The translations under genes and the position numbers were made by a program. A DNA stretch of 64,000 nucleotides from an uncultured virus (IMG/VR IMGVR_UViG_3300002231_000542) (lineage: Duplodnaviria > Heunggongvirae > Uroviricota > Caudoviricetes): IMG/VR virus record IMGVR_UViG_3300002231_000542, positions 1 through 64,000 of that record; one strand, written 5' to 3'. The number at the start of each line of letters is the position of its first letter. Position 1 is the stretch's first letter. A model generated the notes under the pieces. The model searched no databases. It was not told where the DNA came from and saw only the letters and a list, made by a program, of their open reading frames with translations. This document shows, in pieces, positions 50,111 through 62,859 of the stretch.

Positions 50111-52381
50111 CTACACTCCTGTCTTACTAATAAATATCTCGCACGCGATAAATGTCGCGTTGTCGTTGCTGTCTACATTAAACCTGATTATATCACCAAC
50201 AGCCACAGAGGTAGTCCACCCCGTCAATGTCGAGTCCTCTGACTTTAATGCAGTTGTTAAAGTAGGTTTTGCGCTTGCCGTTATCGTATCAGCGACCGTT
50301 GGCATACCATTTGCATATGTATCCTTCCAAACATCTATAATAGTAGACGTTGATACATCTGACAGCATCCTCACCTTAGTGATCGTGCCAGCGTAAGGCA
50401 TCGATCCGTAGGCTTTTGCGCCCGTAGCTATTGCCGAACCACCGCCGTCTATGAATAAGACGATAGAGCCCTTTGTCGCACCCGTAACAGCCGCATCTGC
50501 CACATAAGTGATAGTGTCACCTGATATAGATGTAGTTATAAGGTTGCCACCAGTGTGGGTGAGTGTATCGGCAGTACTATCAGCAGTCGTTGACCCTGAA
50601 TCAGCGGTGTGTGTCTGGAACACGTTCTGGTTCGTGCCAGACCCTCCCCCAGAACCATGTAAAGGTCTTGCGTCAACAAAATAAGCTTTCGAGCCAAACG
50701 CCATAGCGTTTCCTCGAAAAATGAATTTACCTATCAACACTACCGCGCCTTGATGGTATGGTGGGTAAGTTATCGCCTCATCTAGAGCATCTTCTTCGGA
50801 TGCGTGTTCTGTCTGAGGATATACGTAATCTGCTCTATCTGAATCGCCACCCTCCCAGAACACTGGAGCCATATACCATTTGGTATTGTTTACGGCTGTT
50901 TTTGCCGTTCCGTTATCCCAGAAACCGAAGTCAACTCCATTAGAAGCCTCCTCTGTCCATACCCCAGCNGCATGGTAATANCTNTCNATTAGNGAAGANG
51001 CATGACNTNCACCTGCTGAGTAAAACACNGCNTCTAANGTNTCNCTTTCGTGTGCATGGATATAATANACACCNGTNGCTATAGTGAAGTCATTTGCGTT
51101 AGTTGCGTCAGCATCAATAGCTATCTCCATACCTGAAGCTACTATCTCAGAATGCAAATCGTCTATGTTTTTGTGGTTCGTCGCCCCTATGTTTCTGAGT
51201 AGTGGGTCTTCAGATATTCGTATTATACTACCGCCCTCGGTGTATATAATAGCTCGCTGTGCATACTCGCCTGTAGGCGGTGTCGTCGAAATTATAAATG
51301 TTGTACCACCGGCGACCGTAGCATACATATAATTAGTTGCGTTATCGGCAAGGGTATATGGAGAGCCTGTTGTTGTCATATCAAGAATAGTACCGTTGAC
51401 ATAAGCTTCATTTCCTGCTACCCATGATACGATAAGACCACCTGCATCTGTTATAGTGGTCTCGTCGAGGTACCCATTTGTCGTTATATCGTCGAGAAAA
51501 GCATGTAGCGTTTCGGCTGAGCTATGCACCGTCATACCGGTGTCAAGCATTCCAGTAAAATTCGTACCTGTAAAGGTCGGAGTACTTCCACTTGTCACAT
51601 CCTGATCGATATAGGTATGATCGGCTCCTGTCGATGTACGGTGTGTTGTGTTACTCGCTACATCCACATGGTCACTACCATCACCACCTGTGTGAGCTGT
51701 ATTAGCTATAACATCAGTATTAGCTGATACTTCTGCGTCGAAGTCGGTTGGGGAGTAATAGCTACCGTCATGTATTAAAAAGTCGTTTGCGCCTGCTCCC
51801 CCCGCTACATCGTGTAGCTCATAGCTCTCGAAACCATCTTGAGCCCTGACGTTTATGACACCGTTGTTTGCGTGCGCGTAATCTACACGACCAACGAAAA
51901 CACTATGATCTGGCGTAGATGGAGCTGAATTAGTCAGCCCGCCTGCAACTGAGGAAGACAAATACAACGCCTCTCCGTCAGAGAATGACGAAGTATCTTG
52001 CTTATAGATAGCCCCTGTTGCTTTTATATACCCCCAAGCATTGTTGCCGATGTCCTCGACCACGATGCCCCATGTCCCATGGCTGGTAGCCTCTGAGTCT
52101 GCTTTTGCAAGCGCTATGGTTGGGAGCTGTCCTGACGCTCCATCCTGATAAATAACGCTACCTTTGAGGATAGTTGCACCTGAAACATTCTTGACGAACT
52201 CTCCCCCAATCAGGTGCCAACGAGCATCAGCCACTGTATCATCTGTGCAGATGTATACTTGCGTATGCGTTATATCTATCCACATAGAACCAACTGTATA
52301 TCCACTACTAGAATCATCAGCTTTTAGAGGTGCTGTTGTAGCTATATAATTATTTTTAATTGTTGCCGTAATCTTAGCCAT
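50111..52381 (-). CDS. Tail fibre-like protein
   Basis: DDSSSGYTVGSMWID...DARW N-terminal module, ALAKADSEAT..G..YLS module, C-terminal IDGGGSAI.TG...DVWK...WTTSVA.GD module. Confidence 0.72.
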   Translation of the reverse strand: MAKITATIKNNYIATTAPLKADDSSSGYTVGSMWIDITHTQVYICTDDTVADARWHLIGGEFVKNVSGATILKGSVIYQDGASGQLPTIALAKADSEATSHGTWGIVVEDIGNNAWGYIKATGAIYKQDTSSFSDGEALYLSSSVAGGLTNSAPSTPDHSVFVGRVDYAHANNGVINVRAQDGFESYELHDVAGGAGANDFLIHDGSYYSPTDFDAEVSANTDVIANTAHTGGDGSDHVDVASNTTHRTSTGADHTYIDQDVTSGSTPTFTGTNFTGMLDTGMTVHSSAETLHAFLDDITTNGYLDETTITDAGGLIVSWVAGNEAYVNGTILDMTTTGSPYTLADNATNYMYATVAGGTTFIISTTPPTGEYAQRAIIYTEGGSIIRISEDPLLRNIGATNHKNIDDLHSEIVASGMEIAIDADATNANDFTIXXGXYYIHAHEXXXLXXVFYSAGXXHXSXLXXXYYHXAGVWTEEASNGVDFGFWDNGTAKTAVNNTKWYMAPVFWEGGDSDRADYVYPQTEHASEEDALDEAITYPPYHQGAVVLIGKFIFRGNAMAFGSKAYFVDARPLHGSGGGSGTNQNVFQTHTADSGSTTADSTADTLTHTGGNLITTSISGDTITYVADAAVTGATKGSIVLFIDGGGSAIATGAKAYGSMPYAGTITKVRMLSDVSTSTIIDVWKDTYANGMPTVADTITASAKPTLTTALKSEDSTLTGWTTSVAVGDIIRFNVDSNDNATFIACEIFISKTGV

Positions 52382-52464
52382 CTAATCTCCTAACCTATAC
52401 ATTAGTATAGGTACGCAGGTTTAAACCCATTTCTGGGCATCCTCGTTACTATAGTATACCATAT

Positions 52465-52938
52465 TTAAGGTACTTTTGCCACTATTTTCTTTCTGTTAAA
52501 CATTGGCAACCCTACATGTATGAACTCAGGATTGTTATCTTCGTTTCTGTAAAGGATTATCTCACCTAATTCGTATCTCATCTCTTCTTTAAGAAATTTG
52601 TAAATTCTGAATAACTCTACTCTAAACAGTTTAGCTACTGTGAAATCACAAGCTCTTCCCGTTAAATGATTAGAGTTTTTCGTACCGCCTACTTTCTCAT
52701 TTAAAAACTCATCCCTATAACCACTTGTTATAAATAAAGGAATCTTAAACTTATTCCTAAGTGGTTGCATGATAAAATGACATAACGTGTAGATGTTAAA
52801 CTGAAATTGGTCTACAGTATTGTATAGTTTCTCTACATAATCAGGGTAGCTGCTTGATACTATAAATTCTTTAAATTTAAAATTTTCTGTTAATTGTACT
52901 TCTTTATTCCAACTCATCTTATTCTCCTTTAAGTCCAA
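52465..52938 (-). CDS. Endolysin, peptidase M15A family
   Basis: LTENFKFKEF, MQPLR, ITSGYR...N..VGG..NS.H..GRACD, FIHV. Confidence 0.88.
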   Translation of the reverse strand: MDLKENKMSWNKEVQLTENFKFKEFIVSSSYPDYVEKLYNTVDQFQFNIYTLCHFIMQPLRNKFKIPLFITSGYRDEFLNEKVGGTKNSNHLTGRACDFTVAKLFRVELFRIYKFLKEEMRYELGEIILYRNEDNNPEFIHVGLPMFNRKKIVAKVP

Positions 52939-53260
52939 AGTAAGAAGCGAGTGCAGTTGCTACTGCTGTTAAGAAGTAGCCTATACTCTTCCAAGGAATC
53001 TTATCTTTCTCAGCCTTTTTAAGCACTTTAGCCGCATCTATCTTCCTAGTTGTCTCAACACTGTCCTGTAGGTTTTTGATACTATTCTTAATATCGTTCA
53101 ATGTTAGTTCAATATCAATATGTTTATCTTCTAGCAATCGCTGTTTATCAAATAGAGCTTTAATATTCTTTTCAATAGTCTCTAACGTCACTTGAACGCC
53201 TCCCATAAATTTAGCTAACTCTATGCCGTGTGCGGCACATTTGTCTTCTATTGGTGTCAT
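52919..53260 (-). CDS. Coiled-coil protein with C-terminal TM helix, putative holin/lysis protein
   Basis: Heptads then IGYFLTAVATALASYFGL; overlaps the endolysin. Confidence 0.5.
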   Translation of the reverse strand: MTPIEDKCAAHGIELAKFMGGVQVTLETIEKNIKALFDKQRLLEDKHIDIELTLNDIKNSIKNLQDSVETTRKIDAAKVLKKAEKDKIPWKSIGYFLTAVATALASYFGLKGE

Positions 53261-53271
53261 AGTACTCTCCC

Positions 53272-53769
53272 TTAAGTTATTGTTATAGACCAGTCAATCT
53301 GAATAGTACCGTCAGTTGTTTTAGTTAATGCTGGGCTAAAATTTTTATAAGCAAAAACATCATTAAAATCATTATATAAAACAGCTTCACTTACTGTCAG
53401 TGCATCGAAAGTACTATCCCAGACACAAGTATAAGTAATCTTAGGTTGACTAGGAGTAGTATAATCCCATACTAAAGTAGCAGCTATTTCCGTAGTAGTA
53501 GGAGCAGCTGTTATTGGTGTCTGTAATCCAGTATTATCCGCAGTCCCTGTACCTAATTGCATATTATCTAATACTGATGAACTATCCATACCAATACTAC
53601 CACCATCATCATCTCCAGATAATGTCATTAGCATCATAACTCTTCCATTATATGTTGTTGTAGGGTCTCCATTAGTTAATGTATTCTTCTCTGTAAATTG
53701 TCTAGTGATGTTACCATTACCATCTGTTATTGTGACTGTTACACAGTCAATTATTTCTGCTTTAGCCAT
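53272..53769 (-). CDS. Tail/baseplate-associated protein
   Basis: N..TNG, MQLGTG, VSEAVL...FAY...LTKT...IDWSIT pattern typical of tail-fibre anchoring domains. Confidence 0.6.
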   Translation of the reverse strand: MAKAEIIDCVTVTITDGNGNITRQFTEKNTLTNGDPTTTYNGRVMMLMTLSGDDDGGSIGMDSSSVLDNMQLGTGTADNTGLQTPITAAPTTTEIAATLVWDYTTPSQPKITYTCVWDSTFDALTVSEAVLYNDFNDVFAYKNFSPALTKTTDGTIQIDWSITIT

Positions 53770-53790
53770 TCTAATCTCCTATTTGTTTAG

Positions 53791-56643
53791 TTACCAGCTC
53801 CATGAAGCGTGTGTTGGTGTTCCATTATCGTAATATGTTCTGTAGGATAGCTCACCTTCATTCATTGAACCGTCCGTTATATCTGTGTTTATACCATGAT
53901 CCCATCTAGTAACTTCCCAAGGAGCCCAGCCAGTAGGGAAGTTGTGCGTCGCGTCTTCTTCTACAAGTACTAAATCTGCGTAGCCATAACCACAACCAGG
54001 AAATGGATCAACGTTCTGTATCTTAATTTGAGAATAAGTGAATATAGCAGAGTTAGAAAAGTCTCCCCATGCATATACTTCACCAGAAGAACCAGAATCA
54101 GGCATAACTAAAACTTGGCTCATTTCAGAACTATGAAGTAGGCAATCGCTTGCTCTGTGTGCTATTAGTTGGATGTACTGAGCGTCACTTGCCGTATCGC
54201 CCATAGGATATGTACTCGTATTATAAGCACCTATTTCGTGACACTGTGTGGTTGAAGTGGCGAAACAATGTGCCCCTCCAGAGTTTAAATTACCGTAGTT
54301 AGTGTATAGACTAGCGTAGATAGCGAGTTGCACTGAACGACGTTTACCTTCAATATAGTCAGGGGATGTAATCCTGAGTCTTTTCTGCCATGATATTTTC
54401 ACTTTACCATCGTAGTAGACTACTGGAGTAGTTCCTTCAGAGGATGATGAATAGTCATATACATGTGCTTTAACTTGAGGATTATAAATGTAGCGTCTAT
54501 CATCATCTAACCAATCAACTAAGTCCTCTCTTAAATATGAATTAGTACCAGAATGGTATTTTTGAGAATAGTAGTTAGCATGGTTTGCGTACTCACCATT
54601 AACAGTTCTAGGATTATCACCAAGATAGAACATAGTAGTATTAAAATCATTTAACCAATAATCTTTTTCATCATAAACTAATTCTGACCACACTTCTGAT
54701 ACTGTATCATAAATTCTAGCGTATACTTTTATATACGCCCAACTACTATTATCAAAATCAGCAGTTTGACTATTATCAATACTATACTGTTTACCTATTT
54801 CATCACCAGTTACAGTATCTTTCCAAGCATTTATGAAATATGTATTAGTAGTTGTTCCAGCAGCTATACTTTTGTTAGCATCCCACCAAGCTACTCCAGA
54901 TACATCGGTACCATCATCAACAAATAAGTGTAATTCACAAGAATGACTGTTAGGATTGTCAAATCGTATATCCATTGCAGCCCCATTATACGTAAATGTA
55001 GGGAAATCAGCCACAGCCGCATCTACAGCTAACGTAGCTGCATCTACATAAGAAATTGTATTTATTCCAGAACTAAACAATCCTCCTAAAAACATATCAA
55101 TATTAATATTCATAGCAACTTCAGTTAAATCCTCCTGTGCTTTTACTGACTCAGCTATAATTTCTGAAGTAGAGTCTACTGTAGCATCTGTACTAGTTAC
55201 TAATTCTGATATAACTTGATAATGATTATAAGGACTATCAGGGTAGGCTCCTATATCCCAACCAGGAGTAGAAGCTTTATCTACATAGTACGAACTAATA
55301 TCTAAGAAGCAGTTACTCTTATCTCTGATTTGAGGGTCTTCCGTAAGAGATACTAAGTTAGTTGTATTGTATGTACCAGAGGTATGCTCTTTCAAAGTGA
55401 AATCATAGAATGCGCAGTAGTCATCATTAACTGTTTTACCAGAACCAGTTAATAAACAAGTACTTAGATCATAGAAAGCACAATTATTAGCGTAAGTCAG
55501 TGTAGCAGTCGTGTAAAGACCGTAGCTATTATTGCTATATCCAATAAATGAACAGTGATTAAAAGTTATATTAGTTCCAAGATTAACAAAACAAGCTCTA
55601 CTAGCTGATGTATCTGATAAAAATACACATCTATTAACTACTAGGTTATTAGTAGTTTTAAAGTAGCCATATGAACCAGTTGCATCTAAATTCTGGTCAA
55701 AGAAAATATCTTGAACTACACAATTGTCACCTTCCAATGCTCCGGTACTAGTCGCGTGTGTTGTATACATAAAAGTATCTTGAGTAGAGTTACCCCTTAT
55801 GGTAACGCTATTAGTAGTAATCGTAGTACCCATTAAATAAGTACCTGCTTCAAAATTAAGAATTCCACTAGCTTTTGTGTTTATAACTCCAGCGGCTTTA
55901 TTCCAAGTTTTCCAAGGATTCCCTACTGAACCATCACCCGTGGTATCATTACCACTTACTGAATCAATCCAGTATTCATCTGAAGCCTGCATTATATTTA
56001 ATTGGTCTTGTATCTCTTCCCATATAGATGTTAATCTAAAGTCTACAGCAGAGGCTACGTTAGCAGTTACTACACTAGCGTCTACATTATCATAAAGTTC
56101 TGTAATAGTAGAAATAGCCCATGTAGGAGTAGGAATTGGAGAACCTAGATAGGTAGCCATATCTTCTATAGCACTTCTCATATCTAATAGGTACGAGGTG
56201 TACATTCTGCTCTCACCAACAGGTAACGCTACAGAAGTCCCCTTAGTCCAATTATAATTAGCACTAGCATCCCAATTGGCACTATAGGAATGCATTCCTA
56301 TTTCTGAACCTACATTATCTATATCAACTCTCAAACCTAATATGAACGCATCATCTAATACGGTTATAGTACTTTCATTAGCACCTAGGTATATAACATA
56401 TTCTACATCACTAGTAGAAGTACTACCAGCAGATGTAGATAATGTTAATGTCGTAGTCGTATGACTACTGACAGTATATACTCCAGGTAGTTACTCCTCG
56501 CCCCGGCACTANAAACGTACAGATACATTATCTATAACACTACTAAAATCAGCAGTACTATGAGTTATAACTAATCCACTACTTGATAATGAAGCTGTTT
56601 TACCTTTAGCCCATCTAGGGACTATAGTTGGATATACTGGCAT
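53791..56643 (-). CDS. Large virion protein with a beta-helix (DUF1565-like) domain; 5' part disrupted near 56500
   Basis: YWIDSVSGNDTTGDGS..NPWKT..KA, AGTY, DIGAY. The upstream reading MPVYPTIVPRWAKG starts at 56643. Confidence 0.65.
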
Positions 56644-56646
56644 CTA

Positions 56647-59600
56647 TTATGTATCCTTTATAAATCCTAATTTAATTCCATGGAAAATACCATACCCAGA
56701 GGCATGTTCTTCAATAGCCCAGTCAGCTGAAGTAGCATTAACATGTTTAGTATGTGTTGTTGACATTCTTGTTGATGTAGTTCCTATATCCAAAGTTTCA
56801 TTAGCGTCAGGTACTAAATTATCATGAATAGTAATAGTACCTAAAGCACTCACTTCAAATAATAAAGTATTTACTCCAGAGGGGTCATACACAAATGACA
56901 AAGAGCCATCAGCACTATCAACTAATAGTCTATATTCTTTAGTACTATATGTAGCACTGATTCTATCAGTATTAGCAGAAGTAAGCTCTGTCCAAGTAGG
57001 TGTACCCGCATCATAGTTATTAGTAGCTTCTATTTTAGGGGTACCTTCAGTAAACCTGATAGCTCCTCTTCTACCATTAGTAGAACCACCATTAAATATT
57101 AAATCAACTACAGTTTCATCAGTATCATTTTGATTAATAGTGAAAGTAGCACTATCCACACCTGATATAGCTGATATAGAAAGTAATGTGTGACTAATAC
57201 CACCATCTAAAGATTGATACCAACCAGCACCTCTAGCAAGTGGTGGGTCTGGGTCAGTGGCTTCATAGGTAATTGTAGCAACGCCATCAGTCAATTCTTT
57301 TTTTGCAGTAGGTATGTCAGTAGCTTCATGAGTATCCACTAAAGTTTTGTTATCATCAGCTTTTTTAGTAACTGGTGTATTAACTACCATAAAGGGTACT
57401 CTAGGACTTTCAATACCATACTCGTTAGTTACTCGTATAATAGTTCCAGTTACATCATAGTGAACTTCTTTTTTAAATATAGTCCATGTCATTTCATAAA
57501 CTTTATCTTTAGTTAGTCCAAAACCATTAGTAGTAACTACTTCAAAATGCCCGAATGTTCCAGAGTCAGAAGATGATGCTACCTGTGTTCCATCTATAGG
57601 ATTAAATTCTTCAACAGGATAAGTTGCATGTGAACCATCTATAGTTTCTTGAACACCACCCGAGGCGGGTGTTCTGGTGGCTGTATTATATCCAACTACT
57701 TTCCCTGGATCATATATTGTTAATATAACATCATTAATTCCACCATAAGATTTCAGAGTATACCCTTCTTCCCAAAAATTACCAGTAACCCTAATATCAT
57801 CTGTATACTGAGCTACGGTAGTTGTAGTTTCATCAGGTGTAGTAGCATTATCTCGAACTTCTACAGCCATTGCGGAAGGTTTTCTAACAGTCCCTTTTAT
57901 ATAAATATGTTGTGTAGTAGATTCACCAAAAGTGTTAGTTACTGTAACTTCAGCGGGGATTATTTTACCATCATCAGGAATCGCTAATCCAGTAGCCTCC
58001 CAGTAATGCTCTGTCGCTGTATGAACTTCATCTACAGTATGTAGAGCTACTTGATTGTAATATAAATACACACCATCAGATTCAGAAGGAACAGTTCCTT
58101 GTATCTTAACTTCCTCTGGTTTCGCCACAGTAAACTTTAAATCAAACGTAGTAGCTCCACCACTATGGTCAACGTTTATACTAACTGGAGCTCCGTCATT
58201 AGTATAGTCACTAGAAAGAACACTTACATCTACTTGAGGTACTTCATTCTTGTACATGAGCTCTTGCTCAAACGTACCCACGTTACCAGCACTATCTTTA
58301 GCGACGTATTTAATTTTAAATATGTCCCCTTCTGTAAGTATAGCACTAAAATCAAAATAACCAGAAGATAAGTTATACTCCCAGTAGTCCTCACTCTCAG
58401 AGTCTACGGCTGTCTGTAGAGCACCAGCTCCAATAGATACATAGGCTCCCCAGAGCCCTGTAGTCTGATTTAATATAGCATACCAGAAGTCAATACTATC
58501 TACATAAGTCTCATTATCTCTAGCATTACAACCTAAATAGACTGGATTATCAGTTTTAGTGTAAACTACCTCATGCGCTGTTGGTTTAGCCTGTAATGGC
58601 ATTACCGTTGGTGGTGAGTTATCTACTGTAGACTCAGAGGTGTTTTTACTTCTATCGATTATACGTTTATAATTGATATTAGGTCGTCTATCACCTATTC
58701 TCATAGTTATATCAAAACCACTACTGTCTAGTGAGTAGGTTACAGATAATAATGGCATCTGTGCAAATGTGCCAGAACCATCTTTAGTAAGTTTAACATA
58801 ACCATCTAATTTATTAAAGAATGGTGGAGCCATCCCGTAAGTTACTTTCTTTAATCTAATGGTATAACCATCTAAAGGTTCAAGTAGCTTCAGACAGATA
58901 CCATCCCACCATTCATCAACTTGAGATAACTTAATATTGTCATCATTAATTGATATTATACGTTGTTTATGTGCTGTCTGGGAAGCTGTCTCTTCTGTAG
59001 AGTACTGCGTAGAAGGATAAACAACATGATTAACTATTAATTTATTTTTGATACCTAGTAAATCACTATCCACAGCTACTAGTCCATCAGGAGCTAGATC
59101 ATCACTATATGAAACGAAGTCAGTCTTAGTAGAGTAGTCACCTACATCATAAGTATCTAATATAGAAGTACTTCTCTGATTAGTGTACATAGCTTTAGCG
59201 TTATCTACACCAAATACGAACTCTTCCGCAACTGATAAATCTACATTACCATTAGCTAAGTCAATACATTCCATAATAGTTGATTCTACACCATCATATT
59301 CATACGATACATCTACCGCAAATGACGGTAAAGTATTATTACCAGCACTATAAGTGATATTGGCGCTAGAAGTAATAGCGACATTATTAGGTTGGTACTT
59401 ACCACTAAAAACACCTCCACTAAATACATCTGTATATACATCTTGAATAGTAGTAGTGACTGCGGTGTCAGCACCATCAGTAGAACTCTCCATTAGGTTA
59501 TATTCTAAGCCAGCTATCCTAGATAACTCACCTTCACAAGATACGTGAACTCTATCCACATAGAACTGCTCATCAGAGTAGTCATTTTGTATATCAGTGA

Positions 59601-59849
59601 TAAAACCCCACCATACTATAGTAGAAATCAAACTGAAATCTGAACTATGTCAGATTCAGTTGCTGTAACTGTAGACGCAGTTTTATATAACGTAAAAGAA
59701 GCACTGTCATAGTTCTTCTTATCTATTTGAGAAAATGTTAAACCTCTAACTACCATTTCTTCATCAGCTAAATTAGCGCCTAATGTCTCTGTATATGTTT
59801 CTTGCACTGTTGTGTAAGAACTATCATATATTTTAATTTCTACAATCAT
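56647..59849 (-). CDS. Tail tip/hub protein; ORFs 59628..59849 and 56647..59631 are probably one gene
   Basis: Directly follows the tape measure gene. VQISV/DSTIVWWGFI join on homopolymer correction; Ig-like repeats are present. Confidence 0.65.
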
Positions 59850-62741
59850 TATGATATTGTACCTCCTCCATCTCCACCTGTAAATTTAGTCTTAGCTCCT
59901 GAATTTGAAGAGGCTGCTTTTAGTACTTCTTGTATTTGCTTTAACAAGTGATTCTGGTCAATAGATACTTTTACATTACTTAGCTGCTTCTCTATCATCT
60001 GTTTATACTCTTTCCAGACACCTTCTTGCTCTTTAATACGTTGCTTAACGTCAGTTACAGCTATTTTAGAGTCTTTAACTAAATTTAAATTACTTGCATA
60101 CTCTCGTATTAAAGCCATACCGGTTCTTATACTCTCGTTTACTTCATCAGAAGCTTCACCAAGACCCTCATACTTTTTTTTCTCATCATCTAAGACAGCT
60201 ACAGCTCCTGCAATATCTTGAGCAGTTAATGCACCTCCCGCACGTTGTTTACGTGATAAATTATCCAAAGCGGTGTCTATATTAGCTATAGAATTATCTA
60301 TAATTTCTTCTTTATCAGCCCAGTTGGTTTCCTCATCAGCCAGAAGAGCCCTGTTAGCAGCAATATCAGCCTCTCTGAAACGCTTAGTCAAGTCTCTGGC
60401 TGTTTGAAGATTTTGCTCTTCTAAAGCCAACTCATCTTGTAGTTGTTGCTTTTTAATAGCGTTTTTTTCTTTAGCAAAATCCTCATCTAACTTCAGTATA
60501 TCCTGTAAATAGGTTCTAGTTTGTGCTAACCTATCCTCATGAGCTTTATTTAAGTCTTTAGTGTGCTTTTCTTCTTCTTTTAGCTCATTTAATTTCCACT
60601 TGTTCTGACTTTTGGAGTTGGAAGCTTGCGCTTGTTGCTCAACCTTTATAGCTTTCAACTTTTCAGCTAACTTAGCTCGTTGAGCCTGTGCTTCTTTTTT
60701 AGTAAGCTTGGTGTCTTCAGCTAATTTTTTATTAGAAGCTTTCCTAGCTTCCTCAAGAGCCTCTTCATTTGCCTTTGCGTCAGCATCAGCAAGTTTCTTA
60801 GCGTTTAATTTAGCATTAGCTTCGAGAAGATCAGCAGCTTCCTGCTTCAGTTTAAGTCTAATATTAGTTTCCCGTTCTAATCTCTGGTCATACTTCTTAG
60901 CTTCTTCTATAAAGATTTTTGCTTTTATAGCTTCTGTTTTCTTTAAAGCTTCTGCTTCTGTTATATTACCCTGCTCAGTAAGAATTCTTATTTTATTAAT
61001 ATTTTCTTTATGAGACCTAAGACGCTCATTATAAAGTTTGCGGAAGACCCCTGTGATGTCATTAACTTGTCCCTCGTACTCACTTTTTATATCACGCAGT
61101 GCTTTATTAACAATAGTTTTAGAATCATTAAAGTATTTTTCTAGTTTATCTTTTTCAGACATCGTTAATTCATTATATTTTTTAGTAGTTTCTTCAAAAC
61201 GGTCTTGCAATAATTGAAACAGTTTCGTGTTACCACCATCTGAAACGGAAATTTGGTCTTGTATTACACGTTTCAAATCACCCAGTAATTGTTGGTTATA
61301 ATCTTTCGCAGCTTGTAAATGTTTCTGATTATTAAGATAATCAACAGTTTTTTTATCTTGATGATACTTGTCAATTAATCCAATTAGTGCATGAGAAGAA
61401 ATTAACTGACTCTTATCAAGTTCGGCGTTATGCTCCACTTGCTGTTTAAATAATTTATCAAGATATTCAGCTTGGGCTTGAATAGCTTTAGCTTTGTTAA
61501 GTTTGCTAAAACTATTTGATTTATCAGCTTGAGCACGCACAGCTTTACCCCACCGTCTTAACCAAGCAATGCCTTCTTTTATTGATCTTTGTTGTGCCAG
61601 ATTTTGGTCTTCAAAGTAGGTAGTCCCCGCATCTGCGGCTTTACCAAAGTACTCTACTATTCCTGTAACCTGCTTTTTTATAAACGGCAAAAGCTCACTC
61701 TTTTTTAGATACGAGGCGGCGCTAGCAAAAGCTTCTATAAATGATGTAAACTCATCTACATAACCTTTGTATGCAGCCTTCCCATCAATAACAGAGTTAG
61801 TCCATTTAAGTAGAGTATCTGTAATATCAGACAGTAATTTATTAAATTTAAGATTATTAGTAAAAAGACCTCCCACAGCTTTAGAAAACTCACGTAAAGA
61901 AGCTGCAACATTTTTAGAACTTTTTTCATATCCTTGGAAAGCAGCTTGGGCCTGCCCACCAAATTCTACATCTAATTCTCGTAAGACTTCATTAAAACCA
62001 TCAGTGGCTATTTTAGCTTTGTTAAAACTAACACCAACTCTAGTGAGTGTACTTTCAATACCAACGAATGCCTTACCTACCTGAACAGCTGTACCTCTGA
62101 GGTGACGAGACCCCATAGCAGTAGCTAAGTCCAGAACTGCTACTGTAGATTTTTTGAGGGTATCCTGATTCATTCTACCAAAAGTCTGAAGTATTGTCAT
62201 AACTTCAGTAATCTCTTCAACTGTTCTTCCAGTTTGGAATTGAAGTAATAACGCAAATTTCTTATTCTCGTCAAAAGCTTGTTTAGTAAAAGTTCCTGAA
62301 GATTTCATAGATTGTTCTAGTTTACGGAACTCCTTCTTTGCCTTACTAGCTCCATCAATAAGACCCTTAAACCACTTAATACCTTTTATAACAGCATAGT
62401 ATCCGACAATACCTTTTAAAGTTCTTGTAATATCTTTGATAGACTTAACAGCTGAATTAGAGCCTTTCTTTATAGCGTTACTAGCTCCACTACTACCTTT
62501 CTTAGCATTATTTATAGAATTCTGAGCAGAACTTTTAGTTTCTTCATCTATCCCATTCATAGCTTTCTTAGCATCTGAATAGACATCTTTAAAAGTCTTG
62601 CCTGAAGCGTTAGTCATAGCTTTAAATATTCCAACTGAAGTTACCCCTTAGTTGCTTTATTTCTTCTAAGACAGCTGTCATCGTAGCTTTTACTTTATTT
62701 TTAGCACGAATCAAAATTTCGACGGATTGTCGTTTAGACAT
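59849..62741 (-). CDS. Tape measure protein (true start probably 62741; +1 error near 62640)
   Basis: Long Ala/Lys/Glu helical protein; VLDLATAMG...AVQVGKA...LTRVG...EFGGQAQA; upstream MSKRQSVEILIRAKN. Confidence 0.85.
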
Positions 62742-62823
62742 GTTTTAAAACCCTCAGAATGGCTTTTCAGCCATTTTTATAGTAAAACCTATACTTAGGT
62801 ATAGGGTAGGTGTTTTAGATAGT

Positions 62824-62850
62824 AAAAAGGGGCATTCTCAGCCCCTTTTT
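62824..62850. terminator. Intrinsic terminator after the tail tube gene
   Basis: AAAAAGGGGC-ATTCTCA-GCCCCTTTTT. Confidence 0.7.
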
Positions 62851-62859
62851 AGCATTCTA

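Noticed and set aside
50969..51077. DGR variable region in the tail fibre
   Set aside because: The variation is mid-gene and mostly third-position; no reverse transcriptase or template repeat is present in the window.
1881..62084. Plus-strand ORFs in the track (e.g. 2487, 6263, 13190, 50022, 60708, 61767)
   Set aside because: All lie antisense to well-supported minus-strand genes, have Ser/Leu/Phe-rich shadow composition and lack RBSs.
2270..62640. Many split genes (JAB, ligase, sbcC, polA, clamp, nrdJ, phosphoesterase, SNF2, tail tip, tape measure) as pseudogenes or programmed frameshifts
   Set aside because: Those I traced are repaired by removing one or two bases from short homopolymers, and they hit essential genes indiscriminately. 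This is the signature of sequencing/assembly error.
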